Assembly (NCBI GenBank): GCA_963662275.1
Contig: OY759316.1
Coordinates: 2,464,001 to 2,528,000, forward strand
Source of the DNA: Candidatus Cloacimonadales bacterium
Lineage (GTDB): Bacteria; Cloacimonadota; Cloacimonadia; Cloacimonadales; DAONDQ01
Direction of reading: 5' to 3'
DNA length: 64,000 nt
Positions 21,370-32,038 of the stretch are shown in pieces; the first letter of the stretch is position 1; each line of letters begins with the position of its first letter. The position numbers and the translations under genes are program-made. The notes under the pieces are model-generated. The model did no database searches and was not told the origin of the DNA. It saw only the letters and a list, made by a program, of their open reading frames with translations.

Positions 21370-21746
21370 AAGTATTTTAGTTTTTTATTAGTTCATGATT
21401 AGTTGATTTTCATTTCGTATTGACCTGGTGGTTTAGGAGCCATTTAGGAGCAACAGGGGTGGATCATCCTTCAGGCTTGGTGGAAACATCTTCAGGCGTT
21501 GATTGCTATGCTAACCACGAAAAGCAAGGTAAACCATGCTGCCGCGATTCCTGAAGTAATCACCACAAGTCAGTGCTATTCCTTCAGCTGTTTGGAAATT
21601 AATTCAGGCGTTGAAACGCCAGGGTTCGATAAATCAAACCAACCAACGAATGAATTCGTTGCTATATCCAAAAATATTGACACTTTCCCCCACCGGATTT
21701 GTGTGACTACAAAGACAATATTATTACCTAAAATAAGGAGTTATAT

Positions 21747-24700
21747 ATGGCGAAAATAACCAAACAAACGATGGACGGCAATACTGCTGCTGCCCATGTC
21801 GCCTATGCATTCAGTGAAGTAGCTGCCATCTATCCCATCACCCCATCCTCGGTTATGGGTGAATTAGCGGATGCCTGGTCTGCGTATGGCAAAAAGAATC
21901 TTTTTGGAACGACAGTAGATGTCGCTGAACTGCAATCCGAAGCCGGAGCAGCCGGTGCCGTACACGGTGCCCTTTCTGCCGGTGCTTTAACCACAACATT
22001 CACAGCATCACAAGGTTTGATGCTCATGCTTCCCAATATGCATAAGATCGCCGGTGAATTACTTCCAACCGTTTTTTATGTCACAGCCCGTTCTTTAGCA
22101 GCTCAATCTTTATCGATATTCGGTGACCATTCTGACGTGATGTCAGCCCGTAATACCGGATTTGCCATGATTGCCTGTGCCTCGGTACAGGAAGTGATGG
22201 ACCTGGCTGCTGTTTCCCACCTTGCAACATTAAAATCGAAAATACCTTTCCTGACTTTCTTTGATGGTTTCCGTACATCACATGAAGTGCAGAAGATAGA
22301 AGTCATTGACTATGATGTTTTAGGCGAACTGCTTGAACCTCAGTACGTAGAGGATTTCCGCAGCCGTGCCTTGAATCCTGAAAACCCGCGCATGAAAGTT
22401 GGACAGCAGAATCCTGATGTCTATTTCCAGGGTCGTGAGACTGTGAATTCATTCTATGATGCTATTCCCGGTATTGTGCAGGATTACATGGATAAAGTCG
22501 CTGCCAAGACAGGCAGATCTTACAAGTTATTTGATTATGTCGGACATCCTGAAGCCACTTCCATCATCATTGCCATGGGCTCAGGCTGCGATACTATCCA
22601 GGAAACCATTGAATACCTGAATGCCAAGGGTGGAAAATATGGAATGATCAATGTTCATCTCTATCGTCCATTCTCAGTAGAACATTTCATCGATGCCATT
22701 CCTGCTTCAGTCAATAAGATCGCCGTTCTCGACAGAACAAAAGAACCCGGTTCCATTGGCGAACCTCTATACTTAGATATCGTAGCAGCCTTGAAGGATA
22801 AGAGAGACATCCGTATCATCGGTGGACGCTATGGTCTTTCTTCCAAAGAATTCACACCTTCCATGATCAAGGCTGTCTATGACCATCTTGATTGCAATGG
22901 ATTCCATAACTTTACAGTCGGTATCGAAGATGATGTCACTCATCTTTCGATTCCTGTCAAAGAACAGATCAATTCCATCGCAACCGATACGATTAGCTGT
23001 AAATTCTGGGGATTAGGTGCTGACGGTACTGTAGGTGCAAACAAGAACAGCATCAAGATCATCGGTGACCATACAGATATGTATGCACAGGGTTATTTCC
23101 AATACGATTCAAAGAAATCAGGCGGTATCACCCGCAGCCATCTTCGTTTTGGCAAGTCACCTATCCATGCTCAATATCTTGTACAAAATGCTGATTTCAT
23201 TGCCTGTCATAACCCTGCTTTCATCGGACGTTACGATATTCTCGAAGGCATTAAGGAAAATGGTGTTTTCCTGTTGAATTCCAACTATTCAAGAGAAGAA
23301 GCCTTCTGCAAACTGACTGCTGATATGCAGAAAGTGATTATCGAAAAGAAGATCAAGTTCTATAACATCGATGGATTGGAAATTGCCAATTCCGTTGGTC
23401 TCGGTGGAAGAGTCAATACTGTCATGCAGACTGCTTTCTTCCTGATCTCTGGCATCCTGGATCGTACAGAAGCTATCGAACTCATTAAAGCTTCCATTAA
23501 AAAGACTTACGGCAAGAAAGGCGATGAAATCGTAAAGATGAATATCGATGCCGTGGATAAAGTGAATGATTTGCTGGAACAGATTGAAGTACCTGAAGCA
23601 TCAACAGGTACTTGCACACCCATGAAGAAGCTCATCCCTGATAATTCAGATGAATTTACACGTAATATCATTGGACCCATCATGAGTGAACACGGTGATT
23701 CCATTCCTGTTTCTCATATGCCTTTGGACGGTTACGTTCCAACAGGTACAGCGAAACTGGAAAAACGTGCTGTCGCTCCAGCAGTACCACACTGGATTCC
23801 TGAAAACTGTATCCAGTGTAACCAATGCTCTGTTGTGTGCCCTCACGCTGCCATTCGTCCAAAACTGATCAATCCAATTGATTTGGAAAAAGCACCGGAT
23901 AGTTTCAAAACATTGACTGCGACTCTTGCTACTGATTTCCAGTATAAGATCCAAGTCTATATCGATGACTGCCAGGGTTGCCGTGTTTGTGTGAACGAAT
24001 GCCCTAAAGCAGCTTTAGTAATGTCACCTATCCAGGCAGAACGTGAACTGGGAGAGCAAAAGAACTATGAATTCTTTGAAACTCTTCCCACCGATGTCAT
24101 GGGTCCTTTCAAACAAACCACAGTCAAAGGCAGTCAGTTCAAACAGCCTTTACTGGAGTTCTCTGGTGCCTGTGCCGGTTGCGGCGAAACACCTTATGTG
24201 AAACTCATTACCCAGCTCTTTGGCGATAGAATGCTCATTGCCAATGCAACAGGCTGCTCCTCTATTTGGGGTGGAACCTTCCCAACCATGCCTTATTGCA
24301 AGAATAAGGACGGACATGGTCCAGCCTGGGCAAATTCATTATTTGAAGATAATGCGGAATACGGTTATGGCATGCGTCTTGCCGTGAATGCAAACCGCAA
24401 ACAGTTAAAATACAATCTCGATTTAGCAGTTGCTTTACCGATAGACAATGAACTCAAAACAATGGTTCAATATGGTTTGGATCATTGGACTGAAACTGAT
24501 GATGCAGCAAAACAGAACGCTGAAAAGATACGCCAGCTTCTTCCCAACCTGGTCAAGAATGCAGCAGCAGAAGTTAAACCGGTACTCACCAAGATCATGG
24601 AATTAGGTGATAGTTTCATCGAAAGAAGCGTCTGGGCATTTGGTGGAGACGGCTGGGCTTACGATATTGGCTACGGCGGATTGGATCATGTATTGGCACA

Positions 24701-25262
24701 GAATAAGAACATCAACGTGCTTGTAATGGATACAGAGCTCTATTCCAACACGGGCGGACAAGCTTCCAAGTCCACACCGCTCGGTTCTATTGCCAAATTT
24801 GCTGAATCAGGCAAGAACACAGTGAAGAAAGACCTCGGTATGATGATGATGAGCTATGGCTATGTCTATGTTGCCAGCATTTCCCTCGGTGCCAATAAGA
24901 ACCAGGCATTACAGGCGATCGCAGAAGCAGAAGCATATCCGGGACCATCAATTATTATCGCCTATGCCCCATGCATCAACCATGGCATTGATATGTCCAT
25001 GTCAGGCAAGGAAGAAAAACGTGCGGTGGAATCAGGTTACTGGTTACTCTATCGTTACAATCCATTATTACACGATGAAGGCAAGAATCCGTTCATCCTT
25101 GATTCAAAAGCACCTACATCTTCCGCTATGGAATTCATCGAAAGCGAAGGACGTTATTCTTCATTGAATCGCTCCTTCCCTGACAAAGTAGTTGATTTCA
25201 GAACCAGGATGGATCAATATCTCAAGGAACGTTATGCTTCCTATAAGAAGATGTCGGAGTAA
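21747..25262 (+). CDS. nifJ: Pyruvate:ferredoxin (flavodoxin) oxidoreductase, homodimeric type
   Basis: MDGNTAAAHVAYAFSEVAAIYPITPSS, GLGADGTVGANKN, two CxxCxxCxxxCP ferredoxin motifs, EFSGACAGCGETPY, GGDGWAYDIG; AGGAG RBS. Confidence 0.97.
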   Translation: MAKITKQTMDGNTAAAHVAYAFSEVAAIYPITPSSVMGELADAWSAYGKKNLFGTTVDVAELQSEAGAAGAVHGALSAGALTTTFTASQGLMLMLPNMHKIAGELLPTVFYVTARSLAAQSLSIFGDHSDVMSARNTGFAMIACASVQEVMDLAAVSHLATLKSKIPFLTFFDGFRTSHEVQKIEVIDYDVLGELLEPQYVEDFRSRALNPENPRMKVGQQNPDVYFQGRETVNSFYDAIPGIVQDYMDKVAAKTGRSYKLFDYVGHPEATSIIIAMGSGCDTIQETIEYLNAKGGKYGMINVHLYRPFSVEHFIDAIPASVNKIAVLDRTKEPGSIGEPLYLDIVAALKDKRDIRIIGGRYGLSSKEFTPSMIKAVYDHLDCNGFHNFTVGIEDDVTHLSIPVKEQINSIATDTISCKFWGLGADGTVGANKNSIKIIGDHTDMYAQGYFQYDSKKSGGITRSHLRFGKSPIHAQYLVQNADFIACHNPAFIGRYDILEGIKENGVFLLNSNYSREEAFCKLTADMQKVIIEKKIKFYNIDGLEIANSVGLGGRVNTVMQTAFFLISGILDRTEAIELIKASIKKTYGKKGDEIVKMNIDAVDKVNDLLEQIEVPEASTGTCTPMKKLIPDNSDEFTRNIIGPIMSEHGDSIPVSHMPLDGYVPTGTAKLEKRAVAPAVPHWIPENCIQCNQCSVVCPHAAIRPKLINPIDLEKAPDSFKTLTATLATDFQYKIQVYIDDCQGCRVCVNECPKAALVMSPIQAERELGEQKNYEFFETLPTDVMGPFKQTTVKGSQFKQPLLEFSGACAGCGETPYVKLITQLFGDRMLIANATGCSSIWGGTFPTMPYCKNKDGHGPAWANSLFEDNAEYGYGMRLAVNANRKQLKYNLDLAVALPIDNELKTMVQYGLDHWTETDDAAKQNAEKIRQLLPNLVKNAAAEVKPVLTKIMELGDSFIERSVWAFGGDGWAYDIGYGGLDHVLAQNKNINVLVMDTELYSNTGGQASKSTPLGSIAKFAESGKNTVKKDLGMMMMSYGYVYVASISLGANKNQALQAIAEAEAYPGPSIIIAYAPCINHGIDMSMSGKEEKRAVESGYWLLYRYNPLLHDEGKNPFILDSKAPTSSAMEFIESEGRYSSLNRSFPDKVVDFRTRMDQYLKERYASYKKMSE

Positions 25263-25430
25263 GGTTCTAGAGTGATTCGTAGCTCCGGGTTCAACCGGTT
25301 GCAGAATTGAAAGAAAAGACTGTTCATCGAGTGATTTTGCTACTGCAAAATTGTATCGAGATGCACTGCGTGTTTATAGAATCATAAATAACGAAGTGCT
25401 TATGAATAAGCATTTAATAGATAAGAAATA

Positions 25431-25467
25431 AAATCATGCCATTCAGATTACCTGAATGGCATGATTT
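25431..25467. terminator. Putative bidirectional terminator
   Basis: Inverted repeat aaatcatgccattcag-attac-ctgaatggcatgattt between convergent nifJ and the 1300-aa gene. Confidence 0.7.
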
Positions 25468-25484
25468 GTATATGGGAAGATGAT

Positions 25485-28400
25485 TCAATTCTTCATGATT
25501 ATCAGTTTTTTACTTTGCTTTTGAGAACCACAGTTAATCTGATATAGATACACTCCTGATGCAAGCTTTTGTCCATTTTTATCAGTACCATCCCAAGAGA
25601 TACTATTCATTCCGGATTTCCCCGATATTTTCATTTCCTTTACCACTTGTCCACGAATATTGAATACCCTTATGAAGATTTCATTGTTCAATGGGGTCTC
25701 GAACTTGATCGTAGTTTCATTCGAAAAGGGGTTGGGATAGTTATTGAAGATTCTGAATACAGGCTTAGGAAGGATTTCATCTTCATTTCCGTCCGGACCT
25801 AAATAGAATTGATTTCTTATTGGACCTTGTATCGTAAGTTGTTGCCCTTGGTTGTAAGATTGTATCACTAAATACTTATAATTGTTTGGTACAACATTAT
25901 AATGACTTGTTTCCAAAACTGGGAAATTCGCTATAAGATTATTGACGGTAGATAGGCTCGATCCACCATAAATCACAGAAGAACTTGGCTGAGAAGTCTG
26001 ATATTCGATCAATATGTGTGTTGGATTATTTAAAGAGATGTGCGTGGGTTTTGATACAAACAGATAATCACCAGTATTATCTGGAGCTACTTCATAATAG
26101 CATGTAATTGTACCATGTTCATATGCACTAGGATTATGAGAACCACCCCAATCTCTATCGACATTTATAACCGTTGAATTTGTCAAATAGTAAATAAATA
26201 CTGTGTTAGGCAGCACAGCTTGAGTATCTCTAAATAAACGATGAATTGAATTTCCCTGACTCGTAGGAATCATAATAAATACGTCTAAAGTATCCTGTAA
26301 TCCATCATTTGTGATGGTTAGTTTTATTGGTTCTCGACTATCATAGATTCTATTCAGTAATTCGCTGCTTGTACAAAACATCGGTTTACAAATCAGATTT
26401 GCATTCATGGGTCTAATCCATCCATACAAATCATCGTTTAAATCGTTATCCGTGATTTCGTTGTCAGAGATAGTCAAATCAGGAGTACCCGTTAGATTGG
26501 AAAAAGCAGAAAATTCACCATTCCCAGATGATGCTCTTAAAGCTTGTGAAAAAAGAGAATGTAATTCCGCTTCAGGTCGCCCTGGATCAATTTCAAGTAC
26601 CAACGATATATCATGCCCTAGAAGATCAACTGTAACTTGCATCTCACCTGGTCTAACACTACAGAAAAGTCCTTGTTGTACGAAGTATGGTCCTATCCAA
26701 ACACCAGAAGCGATTGAACCATAAGCATACTGTGTTTGAAGATTAACACGAAGATTCAAAGCAAAACATATACTTCCAATATCAACAACATTGATTGGTT
26801 GAAGTGTTAAAGAACCATCAATTCCATCTTGCCAGATTTCAATACTAGCATTCAGAGAAGATACTGTGAAAGGAAATCCAAACAGATTGATAGCGCTATT
26901 ACAGACTAAAAAGATTTTATGCTGTCCATAATCTATTCTTAATAAGGCACTTGCAATCGGTTGCAGACCATTTCCTCCAGAAATGTTTGCAATAGAACCC
27001 CAACCTTCAATAACTAAAGGATCAAATGAAATATTAAATACAGAAGATGCAGATGATAAAGTTAGTACATTTCCCAGTCCAATAGAACTGTCCAGGGTGA
27101 AATTGAAACCCGCTGCTGTTAAGCTTGATTGAATGCTAACATTAGCAATATTCGCTGATACTGTGAAACCTACACCAGCTCCAATAGAAAAAGCTGCCGA
27201 GGCATGTAAAAAGAATGAATTAGAAGTAAATTGTAAGACCGAACCTTCCTGCACAGACATTCCAATACTAAAACTCCTCATATAATGCTCATTATCAATT
27301 TGACGGTAAGATACACCTGGCTGGTCTTCTACAATTTCTCTCCGAAGTACAACTGTCCCCAGTTCCATATCAAAGCTGTTGCTCATGGTTAACGTAAAAC
27401 TATATTGACTGCCAGTAACAATCGCATCAATAATAAAGCCAAAACTTGTGGATACTGGTGACCAGTCAACACCCACATTTCCTCCACCGGGAAGTTCAAT
27501 AGAGAATAGATTCCCTATTCCTCCATCAATAGATAAGCGCAGATGATTCTGATTTTCATAGCTTGCTTCAATATTGAAGCCAGTTTGTCCACTTGCAATA
27601 GAAAGGTAGTCACCAAGCTGATATGAGAAGGAATCAACCCCTAAATGCAAACTGAAACCTAATCCTTCCAGTGAGGTTTCAACACTGATAGAACCTAAAT
27701 TGGTCAAGAGAGGATTCCCGAAAGATAAAGATCCTGTTCCAGTACCATTGACCAAGTCTATTGTCAACTGCCCTTGAATGTTATCAACAAGAGAACCAGT
27801 TTGCATCACATGCATTTGTCCATTTACAATCATGTTATCACCTGTAAACTGCAATGAACATTGAGCATGTAAAACTTCAACATTGATATTGTCAATACCA
27901 GCTAACACATTTAACGATGTCCATGCAGTTGAAGGTGAAATCAAGTTTATCTGACCTGAAGTTGTATTAAATGCTAATGACGCTGATTCATCAAATCCCA
28001 CTCTCCATATTATTCCAGAACCGGACTGTACACCTATTTTAATTTGACCATGGGCTACATAGTTTCCATTCCCATTACTTTCAAATGAGTTGCCTCTAAT
28101 TCTTAGGTTACCAACTGGATACATGGATGCTGAATCAAGAGTATAAGTTCTTGACGCCATTGCACTTGGATTCCATTCCGTTTTGAAGGCTCTTGCGTTC
28201 ACAGTAGCTGGTAACTGGTTAATTTGAAAAGGTGATGAATATGAAGTCGATTGTTCATTGGGATTACTACCGTCAATAGTATATCGTATTACTGAATTTG
28301 GAGTTGAAGTTTGCATACTAACAGTTAGAGGTGTTTGGTAACTTCCACTTGCTGGTGAGATGGATGGTTCATTACATGTTTGCCCTGTTCCAGAAATCGT

Positions 28401-29387
28401 GTAAACTGCTGTTACAATTGGACTAGGGTTCCAACCAGTAAGAAATGCTCTAGCTTTGAAGGTTTTATCTGCTTGTAGAGATATTGGTGATCCATATGCT
28501 GGAGAATACTGTGTGGGTTCAGAACCATCATCTGTTACATAAATTGTCGCTCCAATAGTTGTAGTTGCTATAAATATACTTTGATTAACTGGATAACTGC
28601 CTCCAGATGGGTTAAACACAGGACTTGCAACTGTATTTTGAGTTCCACTAACAGTTCCATGTAAGTTGATTGTTTGGTTTCCACCATTTGAAGATACTTG
28701 CACGGTCCCCTGGAATGGTCCAGATGTGCTAGGAAAATAAACATGAATTGTAGACGTTTGATACTGATTCTGCGGAAGATTGAAACTACTTGGTTGTATT
28801 TGACTAACCCAAGATGGATATTCAGGGAAATTGCCTGTTAAGTTTCCACCACCATTATTTGTCACAGTCACATTAACCATTTCATGAAAATTCGGCTCAT
28901 GTGTACCAAGTCCTTGATCCGTTATGTTGAGATGCAGTATTGGTTGGGAAGATGTCCAGCTTAAATCCAATCTATATGAATCTGATGAATTGTATGCTCC
29001 TCCACTTCCGAAAACCTTGATATAAAAAATACCACACATATTTGGTGTATATGAAATATTATCAGATGTAGTTCCACCATTATATGATCCTGTAAGTAAA
29101 GAACCATTAGGGGAATATAATTGGACATCATAATCAGCAGGTAAACTACTAAGCGTGATTGTTAATGAACCAATGTCCGTAATTCCAATTGAGAACCAAT
29201 CAACATCTGTAGAAGAATCAATATATGCAAATATAGTTGTGGTTAATTGTAGAGGATAAGATTGTCCCATACTATTATTCGGTTCATATGGATCTGTTTG
29301 AGCATTTAGTAAACTAGGGATATAAAGAATACAAAATGTAATGATTATAAAATACAAATTTCTTGGAGAATGCCTGATCGTTTTCAT
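25485..29387 (-). CDS. Large secreted multidomain protein: signal peptide, PPC-like domain, Ig-like domain, two chitobiase/FN3-associated domains, long beta-rich unknown region, C-terminal FlgD-Ig sorting domain
   Basis: DPYEPNN...DVDWF; P.F.PSGGSY...IY.T.DGSEP and IRYTIDGSNP; C-terminal NYPNPF...IFNIRGQ...WDGTD..G..LASGVY. Confidence 0.8.
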   Translation of the reverse strand: MKTIRHSPRNLYFIIITFCILYIPSLLNAQTDPYEPNNSMGQSYPLQLTTTIFAYIDSSTDVDWFSIGITDIGSLTITLSSLPADYDVQLYSPNGSLLTGSYNGGTTSDNISYTPNMCGIFYIKVFGSGGAYNSSDSYRLDLSWTSSQPILHLNITDQGLGTHEPNFHEMVNVTVTNNGGGNLTGNFPEYPSWVSQIQPSSFNLPQNQYQTSTIHVYFPSTSGPFQGTVQVSSNGGNQTINLHGTVSGTQNTVASPVFNPSGGSYPVNQSIFIATTTIGATIYVTDDGSEPTQYSPAYGSPISLQADKTFKARAFLTGWNPSPIVTAVYTISGTGQTCNEPSISPASGSYQTPLTVSMQTSTPNSVIRYTIDGSNPNEQSTSYSSPFQINQLPATVNARAFKTEWNPSAMASRTYTLDSASMYPVGNLRIRGNSFESNGNGNYVAHGQIKIGVQSGSGIIWRVGFDESASLAFNTTSGQINLISPSTAWTSLNVLAGIDNINVEVLHAQCSLQFTGDNMIVNGQMHVMQTGSLVDNIQGQLTIDLVNGTGTGSLSFGNPLLTNLGSISVETSLEGLGFSLHLGVDSFSYQLGDYLSIASGQTGFNIEASYENQNHLRLSIDGGIGNLFSIELPGGGNVGVDWSPVSTSFGFIIDAIVTGSQYSFTLTMSNSFDMELGTVVLRREIVEDQPGVSYRQIDNEHYMRSFSIGMSVQEGSVLQFTSNSFFLHASAAFSIGAGVGFTVSANIANVSIQSSLTAAGFNFTLDSSIGLGNVLTLSSASSVFNISFDPLVIEGWGSIANISGGNGLQPIASALLRIDYGQHKIFLVCNSAINLFGFPFTVSSLNASIEIWQDGIDGSLTLQPINVVDIGSICFALNLRVNLQTQYAYGSIASGVWIGPYFVQQGLFCSVRPGEMQVTVDLLGHDISLVLEIDPGRPEAELHSLFSQALRASSGNGEFSAFSNLTGTPDLTISDNEITDNDLNDDLYGWIRPMNANLICKPMFCTSSELLNRIYDSREPIKLTITNDGLQDTLDVFIMIPTSQGNSIHRLFRDTQAVLPNTVFIYYLTNSTVINVDRDWGGSHNPSAYEHGTITCYYEVAPDNTGDYLFVSKPTHISLNNPTHILIEYQTSQPSSSVIYGGSSLSTVNNLIANFPVLETSHYNVVPNNYKYLVIQSYNQGQQLTIQGPIRNQFYLGPDGNEDEILPKPVFRIFNNYPNPFSNETTIKFETPLNNEIFIRVFNIRGQVVKEMKISGKSGMNSISWDGTDKNGQKLASGVYLYQINCGSQKQSKKLIIMKN

Positions 29388-29402
29388 TATAACCTCCTTA
29401 GG

Positions 29403-32027
29403 TTATTTTACAAGTATTATCTTATGAGTGAAAACACCAACCGATGTTTCCATCTTCACTAAATACATACCATTTGGTGCCTGGTTACTATCTTTGGTTA
29501 TTCCATCCCAATTGACTTGATAGTTTCCTGCTTTTCTGTTTGCACATTCAAGCTGCTTTACCAGTTGTCCTCTGATGTTATAGACCGATAGTCTGATCCT
29601 GTCAGTTTTTGCTACGGAATATCTGATGTTAATGGCATGATTGAAAGGATTCGGATATACACTGATAAGTGACGTATTGATAGGTGGAGCGGGATTATCA
29701 TTGATACCGGTGGGGTCTATGATATATATACCGGTTACAGTTTCACTCGGTTGCCAGCCGTTTCTGAATGAGCGTGCCTTGATGGTATCGCTCTCTGTGA
29801 CAATAATAGGAACATTATAAACGGGTGAACTCTGGGTAGGATTACTGCCATCTCGTGTATAGTGAATGGTATCCTGTCCTGTTGTCGTATTGAGACGGAC
29901 ATATTGGGTAACTCCATACGTTCCGGGGATGGGTGTAAATGTCGGTGTACTTACAGTCAGGCTTGTTGTCACGGATATGGTTTCTGACTGGTCAGATGTT
30001 CCTTCATTATAGACTGCAGTCAGGTAATAATAATAAGTCCCTACGATGATATCTGTATCCTGGTATTGTGTAGGAACCAGCAACGTACTTGGGTTCAGAT
30101 GAGTAAACTCCCCGGTGCTGCCAAATCTCCTGAAAAGATTGTAGCCTAGAAGTGCTCTATTGCTTATCCTGGGAACCTGCCAACTTAGATTCACGGCGTC
30201 CTGGGTTTGAACTGCTGTGAATTGAAATGGCGGATTCAGAATCGTATAGTTTTCAGTGAGCGTAATGCTTGGAAGCCAGTTCTGTTTGAAGGCTTTGGCT
30301 TTCAGTTCTGTACTTGTTGTTACAGATATTGGTGCAGTGTAATGTTGTCCTGGGGATTCGGTCGGCTCACTCCCATCAGTTGTGTAATAGATATCCGCAT
30401 CTTCAATAGGACAAGTGAGAATGATAGTCTGTCCCTGGTTGTAAATCCCACCCGCAGGTAATGCTGTGATAGCTGATATCTGTACCTGGATGTCTGCGGA
30501 AACGATATTGGAAATACCGGACTCTACACCTGGAGGATAGAAAGCTTTTACCCCATACCCATAATTACCCGGTGTATGCAGTGTATCACAGTACGTTACT
30601 GTCTGCGGTGAAAGCATCTCAGTATTCAGCCGACTGAATGTTCCATTGAGACCTAAACGTCTATAAACATTATATCCTATAGCATCGATTCTGATCGAAT
30701 CGGGCGGTGTCCAGGAGAGATGTGCTCTTCCTATCTCAACAGTAAGAATCAGGGTATCTGGAATATACGGATAGTAGGTTTTAAAATGCTTAATAACTGA
30801 CCAGTTACCCCAGCCATTAATATTATGTCCCCTGACTTGCCAGTAATAGACTGTGTTTGTATTTAAAATATTGGAGTGAATCGTGTAGGAAACAGCAGAT
30901 GTGGTATCATCAACAACAGGATTTGTCATTCCGCTGTTTGTTGAAACCTGAACCTGATAAAGAGATGCACCAGTCAGTTGTTGCCAGGACAATGCAGGAG
31001 TTAATGATTGTTGTGTTTGACCGTTGAATGGCAAGGTTGGAGTTGGTATTCCGGGAGGGATTGTTGGTTCTGCTGATCGTCCAACCCAGCCATTACCTCC
31101 TGCCCATAAATACCCATTGCTGTCTATCGCAAGTGAATATATTATGTTTGCTGGATTTATTGGCGACCAAGTTACTCCACTATCAATTGACTTTGACACT
31201 CCGTCAGTAGTAGTTACATAAAGATATCCTGCAGTATTAATTAATATATTTGATTCATAAGTATTTACATTTTGAAATTGGTGAAGCTGTATCCATCCTT
31301 CATTAGGGTTTTTTCTATAGATCCATCCGTTACCATTTAGATAATATAAAATCCCAGATGAAGTAATTGCTAAGCGTCCATATTGCATGCCACCAGGACC
31401 AATATTAATCCAATTCAGACCATCATTTGAAGAACTTAAAACTTGCCCATTACCAGCAGCAGCATACAAAATGCTATCATTCCCTTCACAAAAATCGTAG
31501 ATTTTTACATCCCAATCCGAAAATACTCCTTGCCAGGAACTACCATTATTGGCAGATCTATAAAGCGAAGTGCACAATTGATTACCAGTTGAATTGCATC
31601 CTGCTAAAATACCTCCCCTTGATGTAGAGAAAACCGCAAAAACCGACCTACTATTAAAAGGAGTTGATAAAGGGCTCCATGAATTGCCATTATTAGACGA
31701 TTTCACTAAACCGCCAGTCAATGAAGAGTTATACTCTCGTCCCGCATACGAAGTATTGTTTATTAAACTATGTGATAATGTAAGTATGGGGTTACTTGCA
31801 TCAGAGTATACCATATTCCATGTTTCTCCGAAATGGGATAGTTTATAGATATGCCCATTGTTACTACCAGCAATGATGCTATTATCAGGTAAAGCACATA
31901 ATGAATAAACTTGTCCTCCGTAATTATATCCAGTGGGTATTAACATATCCTGTCCTTTAAGACATATTGGGAAATAAATAACACTGATTATTACCAGTAC
32001 ATAGAATTTGCTCAATAAGTGTTTCAT
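29403..32027 (-). CDS. Secreted protein: BNR/Asp-box beta-propeller, FN3 and chitobiase-C domains, FlgD-Ig C-terminus (copy A)
   Basis: SxxxGxxW Asp-boxes (SSNNGNSW, SANNGSSW, SNDGLNW, SIDSGVTW); YYTTDGSEP; VYPNPFN...YNIRGQLV; GGAG RBS before ATG 32027. Confidence 0.8.
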   Translation of the reverse strand: MKHLLSKFYVLVIISVIYFPICLKGQDMLIPTGYNYGGQVYSLCALPDNSIIAGSNNGHIYKLSHFGETWNMVYSDASNPILTLSHSLINNTSYAGREYNSSLTGGLVKSSNNGNSWSPLSTPFNSRSVFAVFSTSRGGILAGCNSTGNQLCTSLYRSANNGSSWQGVFSDWDVKIYDFCEGNDSILYAAAGNGQVLSSSNDGLNWINIGPGGMQYGRLAITSSGILYYLNGNGWIYRKNPNEGWIQLHQFQNVNTYESNILINTAGYLYVTTTDGVSKSIDSGVTWSPINPANIIYSLAIDSNGYLWAGGNGWVGRSAEPTIPPGIPTPTLPFNGQTQQSLTPALSWQQLTGASLYQVQVSTNSGMTNPVVDDTTSAVSYTIHSNILNTNTVYYWQVRGHNINGWGNWSVIKHFKTYYPYIPDTLILTVEIGRAHLSWTPPDSIRIDAIGYNVYRRLGLNGTFSRLNTEMLSPQTVTYCDTLHTPGNYGYGVKAFYPPGVESGISNIVSADIQVQISAITALPAGGIYNQGQTIILTCPIEDADIYYTTDGSEPTESPGQHYTAPISVTTSTELKAKAFKQNWLPSITLTENYTILNPPFQFTAVQTQDAVNLSWQVPRISNRALLGYNLFRRFGSTGEFTHLNPSTLLVPTQYQDTDIIVGTYYYYLTAVYNEGTSDQSETISVTTSLTVSTPTFTPIPGTYGVTQYVRLNTTTGQDTIHYTRDGSNPTQSSPVYNVPIIVTESDTIKARSFRNGWQPSETVTGIYIIDPTGINDNPAPPINTSLISVYPNPFNHAINIRYSVAKTDRIRLSVYNIRGQLVKQLECANRKAGNYQVNWDGITKDSNQAPNGMYLVKMETSVGVFTHKIILVK

Positions 32028-32038
32028 AATATTCTCCA

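Noticed and set aside
21499..21759. 86-aa ORF upstream of nifJ and other short overlapping or antisense ORFs in the track
   Set aside because: No RBS or recognisable motif; they overlap well-supported genes or promoter regions.
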